Origin: Octopus vulgaris
Lineage: Eukaryota
Length of the DNA stretch: 64,000 bases
Reading direction: 5' to 3'
Assembly: GCA_951406725.2 (NCBI GenBank)
Contig: OX597831.1
Coordinates: forward strand, 49,910,001 to 49,974,000
Under the pieces are notes generated by a model. That model was not told where the DNA came from. It saw nothing but the letters and a program-made list of their open reading frames with translations, and searched no databases. Below are positions 55,425-64,000 of the stretch, one piece after another; position 1 is the stretch's first letter; each line of letters begins with the position of its first letter. The position numbers and the translations under genes are program-made.

Positions 55425-55845
55425 CAGTGTGCGATGGGTAAATTCTATTCAAAATTTTATAATTTTTATAACTCTTTTTTTGTAATTTTATTTTCATTCC
55501 GGTTGTATTCCGCTTATCAGTCCATGGTCAGCTTTTTTTACAATTTGGCTGAAATTACTTTCTGTACCTCCAGCCCCTGGATGCAGCGATAGTCTGGTTG
55601 AGCATAAAGAACAAATTCAGTTAACAGTGCAGGAGATAATTCCTGTAATCCTTGAAATTATGTCTAGGAACGTTAAGGATAGATTTGAAATTTGCATCGA
55701 TATAGACGGTGCACATGCAGAATATTTACTATAAAGTTTTGACGTAAGATTGATAAATATGTTTTGGCACCAAAATTAAGTTAAAACTTTAAAAAAAATT
55801 TGCCTGATTATATTGAGAGAGATAGTCAATTCTGGGACACTCTCT
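55425..55845 (+). mobile_element. Tc1/mariner-superfamily remnant
   Basis: TA|cagtgtgcgatgggtaaatt; RNVKDRFEICIDIDGAHAEYLL* C-terminus; ctgggacactct end. Confidence 0.65.
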
Positions 55846-56234
55846 ACATACATACATATGTATATATATATATATGTGACCGTGACTGGCCAGGCTATCA
55901 GATGTTGTTACATATCGCTGGTCACAATGCGCTTCGTATTGTTTTAGCCTTCAAATGACGCCACCCCGCTGGCTAAGGGTGCAGGCCAACAGAAGAAAGA
56001 GTGAGAGAGTTGTGGCAAAAGGGTACAGCAGGGATCGCCACCACCCTCTGCCGGAGCCTCGTGGAGCTTTAGGTGTTTGCACTCAAGAAACACTCACAAC
56101 GTCTGGTTTGGGAATCGAAACTGCGATCCTACAACCGCGAGTCCGCTGCCCTAATCACTGGACCATTGCGCCTCCACACACACATATATATATATATGTG
56201 TGTGTGTGTGTATAGATATACATATATACATATG

Positions 56235-56278
<44 letters not shown>

Positions 56279-56311
56279 GAGTGTGTGTGTATATAGATAT
56301 ACATATATAAA

Positions 56312-56344
<33 letters not shown>

Positions 56345-56565
56345 GGTAGTTGTATAATCATTGTACAGAGACTGACCACCCCTTGTACTTGTACGATAAA
56401 TCCACCATGGCGCCTGATGTGGCTTTTTAAACCAGTCAGTGTTTTGTAAAGACACCCACATAGATTATATATTTGATTTGGACCACCAAAAGTTGCAGTT
56501 AAATTGTGATCCTTGATGATCTTAAAATGTCTTTTCAAGCCTCCATTAGGTTTGTAGACATTAAA
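56345..56565 (-). mobile_element. 3' end of an RTE-like LINE with C-terminal zinc-finger motifs
   Basis: GGLKRHFKI; [19 protein letters not shown]. Confidence 0.55.
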
Positions 56566-56568
56566 CTA

Positions 56569-56636
<68 letters not shown>

Positions 56637-56639
56637 GTT

Positions 56640-57715
56640 ACATATTTTGTCTTCTTTTATTTAGGGGGAAATAAAGAACTTGCATTCATGTAGCTCTTCT
56701 CCGCCATGTTTTTGGACAAGATTAAAAAAGTGAAAATTAAGATTTAAATAATCTTATTTGTCGGACCACTTTTCCACGCTGAAAAATCCCATTGAGAAAC
56801 ATCAGACTCTAGAACCGCAATATGCGGTCTATATTTTTGTATTCCGAATGAAACTGGAAAAAATGTGGCACCAATGTATGCCATTGAGATTATATTTGCT
56901 ATTCTTAAGGTGACGACTTAAGAGAATTGAAAGCGTCTTGAGGCAAAGAGTTACGGTTTTTTTCTACTTTTTATGTCAGATGTTTAAAATTTCACTGAGG
57001 TCAACTTTCATCCTTTCGGGTTCGATGAAAGAATTATCAGTCAAGCACCTGGGTCGAATATCAGTGAATACCCATCTTACCCTAAAATTGCTGGCCTAGT
57101 GCCAACATTAGGGATAATTATTTCCTTACTTTTGAATAACCACAATTCATGTGAAACGATTTGTGATGAAAGACATCTTTTATTATCAAATACGACCTCT
57201 TGTTTTCTTATCTTTTAAGAAAGATTACGTCAGTTTGAGAAATATTTTGCTGATGATTGCAGCAGGTCAAGTTACCACATCTATTCTTCGATTTCAAACT
57301 CAACCTTTTCAGCTCTGCAACATCAAAGACTGTAATTGATCGCTAATCAATGCATAAGTGTCCCGGAAAGCAAGAAGTAACCGCAAACAGTTAATATCCT
57401 GGTTCAGAACCGTGACATATTACAAACAAAGGACAAATTTAGTTGCAAATATTATATTTACACTACGTTCTTTGAATACCTTGCCATTGATATAAGCATA
57501 AATGTTAATACCATCTTTTTTCTATCTTCTTCCATTGTGGAGAGGAGAAAAGCTCGACACATTTAAATCTAAAGTCCACACTAAAAGTTAACTATACTGA
57601 ATTTGCACATCGAACTCTAACACTGGGTGATTGCTGATGTATTAACAATCACTAGTTTCCTTGGATTAAGTAGTTCGATCTTTCTTATCTTGTGTTTCCG
57701 AGATTCAAGTACCTG
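56640..57715 (-). pseudogene. Decayed ankyrin-repeat block (interrupted by SINE A)
   Basis: LNL/ETQDKKDRTT*; FKCVELF; DGINIYA; VLNQDINCLRLLLAF..ISDQ/TVFDVA; PHIAVLESDV. Confidence 0.55.
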
Positions 57716-57889
57716 ATATTGAAATTACGATCGATATTTTGTTGATTTTCTGTTTTCTCCCCTTTACACTCTTTATCATTTGACAATCCATCCATCCATG
57801 CATCCATGCATCCATCTGCATGACTACCGACCCTATATATATACCTATCTGTCTAACAATATCTCTATCTGCCTATGTTCCTGTCTTAT

Positions 57890-58200
57890 CTACCTACCTA
57901 CCTACCTACCTACCTACCTACCTAGATACATACATACGTACATACATACTTACTTACTTACCTACTGACCTACCTACTTAACTACCTGCCTAACTACATA
58001 CCTACCTACCTACCTACCTACCTACCTACCTACCTACCTACCTACCTATCTACCTACCTACCTGCCTTCTTACGTACCTATCTACCTGCCTACCTATTTA
58101 TCTACCTACCTATCCACCTACCTGCCTGCCTACCTACCTACCTACCAATCAACCTACCTACCTATCAACTAATCCACCTAGCCACATAACTACCTATTTA
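57890..58200. repeat. Degenerate (TACC)n microsatellite
   Basis: Direct reading. Confidence 0.95.
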
Positions 58201-59044
58201 CCGCTCCCCCTGTCTCTCTTCCCCTCTTCTTATGTATGTATGTATGTATGTATCTATCTATCTATCTATCTATCTGCGTTATTGCTACGCTTTCTCTCTC
58301 ACGGTCGTTCGCTGTTGCTGTGTCTACCGCAATCTCAGTAGAGCGCTGCATTTCTGCATTTCTCTTAACTTCATTTGACATCATCCCAGCCTCTCTGTTC
58401 GTCTGCTTTGTCTATTTCTGCACACATCCCTACGGTATTTCTATGTTTCTCTTTCACCTCCTTCCCCACCTTCATTTCTTTTCTACGTTTCTGTTTCCCA
58501 AATCGAAGCGAAACAGATCAAATTTTGTTCCACAAAAGACGCTCCTATTGTAATTTTAAAAGTAAGATTACTTACACAACTTGACAGTGAGAATCTCTCC
58601 AGCATCACTCGGCCTGCTCGAGATAGCAGTGAAATCTTCATATGATTCGCAGTTCAAAGCCGCAGACTACAGCAAATATATTGGATAATGAAGTCCTAGT
58701 ACAGCCAGGCTTAGCAAAAAGCAAAACAAAAACAGCAAATAAAATAAGACTCAGGTTAACACGTTTGCAGCATCTTTGATCATAAGTCTGTTCGATCAGA
58801 GCTGACCTCGAGCGAAACAACACTAATAAAACTAATATAGACAAGAACACACAGACACGCGCACATACACACTTACGCATACGCATACGATCTCTCGCTC
58901 CCTTCCTCTCTCTCTCTCTCTCTCTCACTCACACACACACACACACATGATGACTAAACGTGAAAATAACACGACGACAACTAGAAAGAAGATGGCTGAT
59001 ATATCGATAGTCGGCTTCGTATATTAGCTTTGGTTTTGCTACAG

Positions 59045-59335
59045 TATTTGAGAAAACATTAAATCTAATAAGGAAAATGAAACAGACGGAAGATCAGAAA
59101 AATACTGCGCAAATAACAAACTATTTGCTGAATCAAATCCTTTTTTTAACCATGCAATAGACGATGAACACTTGGAAGTTAACACAATCAGAAAAAGGAA
59201 TTTCAATCTGCAGTAGAACGAAAATCTGATTATATTTTATTATTTAATTTCCGATATCTTCATGGAAGCAGTTGAGAAGAAACATGTAATGAATAACATT
59301 ATAGATGAGATTCGAGAATAGATTCTACAAGTCCG
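59045..59335 (+). pseudogene. Decayed ankyrin-like fragment
   Basis: HAIDDEHLEV; FMEAVEKKH. Confidence 0.35.
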
Positions 59336-60479
59336 TCTCAGGAATTGAACTCATGGTAATGTAACTTCCTTAAATAAAATAGAGACGGGAGTAGGGTCAT
59401 TGACTTTGACTTATCACCCAAGAGTATTCCGGCCATGTACATGAACTGTCCATGAATACACGGGCACCTAAAACAATTAGTGATAGCATGGTACTTGCTC
59501 CCAAGTCGGTAGTGGTAGTATTTACGAGTTAATTTTTTTAACGAGTCCTGTCATTAGATAAACCAGTAGGCTTAGATGTATGAATTTATGAGAGAGACGT
59601 GGCTCTTATTTGTGAGAAGCAAGCGAGCAATTTACTTCGCGATTCGTGAACAAGTATTTATCCTTGTATTTGATCCATCTGTATTTGAAATCAAAACCCT
59701 TGTATCTATAGTATTTCATTCATCTCAGCCTTTGTAGTCAGAAAACTGTTATCATATTTTCATATATCTAGCCGTAGACGTGGCTGTGTGATGAAATCTT
59801 ACTTCCCAACATCACGGTTCCAGGTTCCGTTCCATTGCGTGGCATCTTAGGCAAATGAATTCTACTTTAATCTCAGGATGACCAAAGCCTTATTGGTGGA
59901 TTCGGTGGAGGGAAATTGAAAGAAACCCGCCGTATATATATATATGAATTTATAAATAAGGATAATATTGATATTTATATATCGATCTTATCAAGTGGCC
60001 AGCATGGGAATAAATACCATACAAAGGTAATACTTATTTAAAACTATAAATAATGGTATCTGAGAGATACCCTTATTTATATATATATATATATATATAT
60101 ATGGCGCACTTCTTTCAATTTCCGTCCAACCAATCCACCCATGTGTGTTTGTGTGTGTGTGTGTGTCAATCTGTGTCTGCGTGTTTCTATCTACGTTTGT
60201 ACTCCACTACCGCTTGACAATTTGTGTTGATTTGTTTACTTCCCCGTATCTTAGCGGTTCGGCAAATAGACGGAGAATAAGTAGTAGGCAAAAAAAGAAA
60301 AATGTACTGGGGTCGATTCAGTCGACTATAAATTCTTCAAGACAGTGCTCTAGCATGGCTGCAATCTAATGACTGAATCAAGTGAAAGATAAAAGATCTC
60401 GTGTTTAGTTAGTTTAATATCTCAAATGGAAAAATTAAATAAATATAAGAAATACATAGAAGATTCTTATTTCTAAAAC

Positions 60480-60600
60480 TTCAATAATCACTACACAGCA
60501 TTCGTATAATAAACTCTAGCTATGGACATCACTCGGAGATGTCTTGGCTTCTGTTAAGGGGTTTAGAATTTTATGTTACTGCGAGCACACATTGATGTAT
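60480..60600 (+). pseudogene. Decayed ankyrin repeat
   Basis: NNHYTAF / SSYGHHSEMSWLLLRG (one frameshift). Confidence 0.55.
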
Positions 60601-61094
60601 TCACTGCCCCTTTCCATGACCACGCCCCACCGTTGTCCTACAGGAAATTCGAGGATGTGACAACTGGAGGGAGAGATGACTCCACCAGCACCCAGTTGGC
60701 GCTCATTTCAAGGAATTAGAATGGGACATCGTGTAGTAGAATTGTTTATTCAAGACCGTTAAGCACGGCTCGAACCATCTATCGAACCTACGAACATACG
60801 ATGGCGAACCCCACATACTTAACAAATAAGCCACGTGCCTTTATGAAATAAACAGTACAGTACACCAATTTTCTAGCTGGTTTCATCATATTTATTTGGG
60901 TCAATATATTTCTTGCATGGAATATTAACAAGAAGAAAATATGCAGCGAGAATAAATGTGTGGTGGTGTTAGTGATGTCAGAACCGTTATAGTATCAGAG
61001 CGTGTTTTGCAGTACTTGTTCCGGGTTTCTTTATCTTCATAGTTGGAATCCGGCCTAGCTGAAATTTACATATTGTCCTTCCGGAGCTGATAAA

Positions 61095-61488
61095 ATGTAT
61101 TACTCAAACAATGGAGACGATTTGTCCAACGCGTTTACTCGAAATTGTACCGATGTCAGAAACAATTTACTGGAGATATATAACTTCACAGATACTTCAG
61201 ATTTCTTTGACATAAATACACAATGTATGTGCATATTTAAGTCAGTTGAATCGGCGAAATATAAACATGAAACGAAAAAATAAAATATGTGAAGAAATAT
61301 CAAAGCATGAGAAGCGTACACAAAACTGGCATTTAGAAAAATTTACAATATGTATAAGACAGATTTCGAGGAAATGATCATTGTTATGCTGTCCTACAAA
61401 GCAGCATTTTACTTTTTCCAGAAAGATAAATTAAGAAGAACAATTTTATTACTGACATCGCGATATACTGAAATTATTTGACCCATAA
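61095..61488 (+). pseudogene. Decayed ankyrin-repeat exon-like block, single frame with internal stops
   Basis: NAFTRNCTDVRNNLLE..FDIN; EEMIIVMLSYKA..QKDKLRRTILLLTSRYTEII; followed by gtatgt. Confidence 0.6.
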
Positions 61489-61830
61489 GTATGTTTGTTT
61501 TGCGTCTATAGTAGATACGAATGCTGCTGTTCAGTGTGTAAATAACTATCATTACTACTATTCATTATCCTTATTGTTAATACTTTCTTTTACTCTCTCT
61601 TTTACTTGTTTCAGTCATTTGACTGTGGCCATGCTGGAGCACCGCCTTTAGTCGAGCAAATCGAGCCCAGGAATTATTCTTTGTAAGCCTAGTACTTGTT
61701 CTATCGGTGTCTTTTGCCGAACCGCTAAGTTACGGGGACGTAAACACACCCCAATCGGTTGTCAAGCGATGCTGGGGGGACAAACACAGACACACAAACA
61801 CACACACACATACACACACACACACACACG

Positions 61831-61881
<51 letters not shown>

Positions 61882-62059
61882 GTATGTATACATATATACG
61901 TCGGGATTCTTTCAGTTTCCGTCAACCAAATCCACTCACAAGGCTTTGGTCGGTCCGAGGCTATAGTAGAAAACACTTGCCCAAGGTGTCCCGCAGTGGT
62001 ACTGAACCTGGAACCTTGTGGTTTGAAAGCAAGCTACTTACCACGCAGCCACTTCTACG

Positions 62060-62420
62060 CCCAATATGTGATTTCATTACACATCCCGTGCTTTCAATGT
62101 ACATTGATGCTCAGTTCTTTCTGCCCTGGGTATGCATAGTACTCGTTTCGGTTTCTCTATTTCGTTATATTGAAAGTATATTATGTGTCATGCACAGTTT
62201 CCAGTGGTACTGTTTCCTGTGTTTCGTAAATTTGTATGTGCTGGGATGCTTGATACATTTTCTTTTCCATTTTGGTAAGTGAGTTTTCAGAGCACCTATA
62301 AATAATAATATTATTGCCGTCTGAATCCTTCGCATTCTGCTTATATAATATATTACATTCTATTTAAGAATCTGCAGATTTTTTAGACAGATTCTGATGT
62401 AATTTAATCTATCAACTGAG
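62060..62420 (-). pseudogene. Decayed ankyrin-repeat fragment
   Basis: CLKNLQILK; NAKDSDGN (62313-62336)/LLFIGA. Confidence 0.55.
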
Positions 62421-62544
62421 AGTCGTTTCTTTTCGTGTTTATATTTTGTCCTGCTCGCATGAACTTCAATGAATCAAGAATATATATATGTGTATGTGTG
62501 TGTGAGTGTGTACGTGTGCATAAATCTCTCTCTCCCTCTCTCTT

Positions 62545-62614
<70 letters not shown>

Positions 62615-62620
<6 letters not shown>

Positions 62621-63112
62621 AAAAAAGGGACAGGCAACAGGTTGCTTGACCGCATACCGAAAAAGTAGAAATAGATTATAAACATATTGAATATATATTT
62701 CATATATACTTTTGATATATATTTCATATATATTGCATATATATTTAACATCCGTCTTCAGAACAGCTTTCCATTGAAATAGATTTATCATACATTTATA
62801 TATTGATAAATCTATGATAAATCTATTTCAATGAAAAGATGTGAAATATATATGCAATATATATGAAATATATATCAAAAGTATATATGAAATATATATT
62901 CAATATGTTTATAATCCAGAAACATGATGTTCGCAGATAATCGCCAGACTTCGTTTTCGTTATCTATTCCTTCTGTTTTGCATATGTGAATTGCAGGGTT
63001 TGTCGTGTGTGGAGCCCCACTTGTGGAAAATAGAAATAAGCATTCTTGACTGCTATTTCTACTTTTTCGGTATGCGGTCAAGCAACCTGTTGCCTGTCCC
63101 TTTTTTCTTATA
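62615..63112. repeat. Asymmetric long inverted repeat in (TA)n
   Basis: Outer ~60 bp arms 62615-62674/63053-63112 perfect; inner arms within 62674-62916; 62917-63052 unpaired. Confidence 0.92.
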
Positions 63113-63234
63113 TACAATATATATACTGAACTTTACAGAAGTTCCTACCGTTAATCGGCTATATTTACATACCGAATTCTACCAGTAAATAATTGTGGTC
63201 TTTTTTAAAAACCGTTATAGAAATTATTTACTCT

Positions 63235-63297
<63 letters not shown>

Positions 63298-63300
<3 letters not shown>

Positions 63301-63520
63301 GGATTGGACAAAACAATAGAAACACTTAGCATCATAGCATCATAATTTTGTAACATCTATAAAACTGTCAAGAGCTTGTTTTTTTTAATGGTTTTTGATT
63401 TATTATTAGTGTTATTTAATATGTGTTGTTAAATTGCTGTTTCTTTTTAGATATCATCAGAAAAAGGTAATTAAAATTCATTGAAATGACAGATCTAACG
63501 GACTCTCAAAAAGGTCACTC
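63298..63520 (+). mobile_element. 5' end of a Tc1-like transposon
   Basis: TA|cagggattggacaaaacaatagaaacac; MTDLTDSQKG N-terminus. Confidence 0.7.
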
Positions 63521-63619
63521 TAAACATTCTTACACTGCTCTAGGGACCAATTTCGCCCTCGTTTTCCTGTTCTTTGTATTAGATTCTTACTTTTATAAAT
63601 GTTCTGTAACCGTACAGGA

Positions 63620-63720
63620 GATAATTTATAATGTTTAGTTGGAAAAACAGCCTTGCCTTTTGTGGTACATTCAATATATCTGCATCGGATTACAAACTAT
63701 GTAGTCTAAATACAGTGCTC
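63620..63720 (+). pseudogene. Decayed ankyrin-like fragment
   Basis: VGKTALPFVVH (63641-63655). Confidence 0.4.
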
Positions 63721-64000
63721 ATTTTATTGTTTTCTTGTCTAGTCGCTGTAATTCACTTTGCGTTCGGTTGAGAATATTATAACTATAACTTATTACTGGA
63801 AAAGCTTGATTGCTGGTTTCTTTTAACTTATATCTGCATTTCTGTCGGTTTTAGGTAATAATCTAATGAATAATATTACTACACAACCTTTACTTTATTT
63901 CTGTATGCTGTGCTCCATGTAGTTTATTATTTCTAAATATTCCTCTGCTAAGTCTCTATAATTTGTTTTATATCTCTCTTCCTTTATCAACATGAATTCT

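Overview
Eukaryotic, AT-rich, microsatellite-saturated DNA with no intact cellular gene that I can support. The repeat content (tRNA-derived SINEs, Dong/R4-type LINEs in (AAT)n, Penelope-like elements in (TA)n) is most consistent with a cephalopod (Octopus-like) genome; this is inference from family resemblance, not a database result. Most ORF-track entries are microsatellite artefacts. Supported elements: a young RLE-type (R4/Dong-like) non-LTR retrotransposon at the left edge plus truncated copies and a second family; several Penelope-like element (PLE) remnants carrying about 14 minimal hammerhead ribozyme motifs; long palindromes; two non-autonomous Helitrons; Tc1/mariner remnants; four SINE families. 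Two unexpected signals stand out. (1) Most non-repeat DNA between the young TEs translates by hand into decayed ankyrin-repeat motifs, in short blocks that switch strand repeatedly across the 64 kb. (2) The PLE hammerheads include core covariants C3-G8, U3-A8 and G3-C8, plus a family with U at position 6. All translations and RNA folds were done by eye, so coordinates of degenerate features are approximate.
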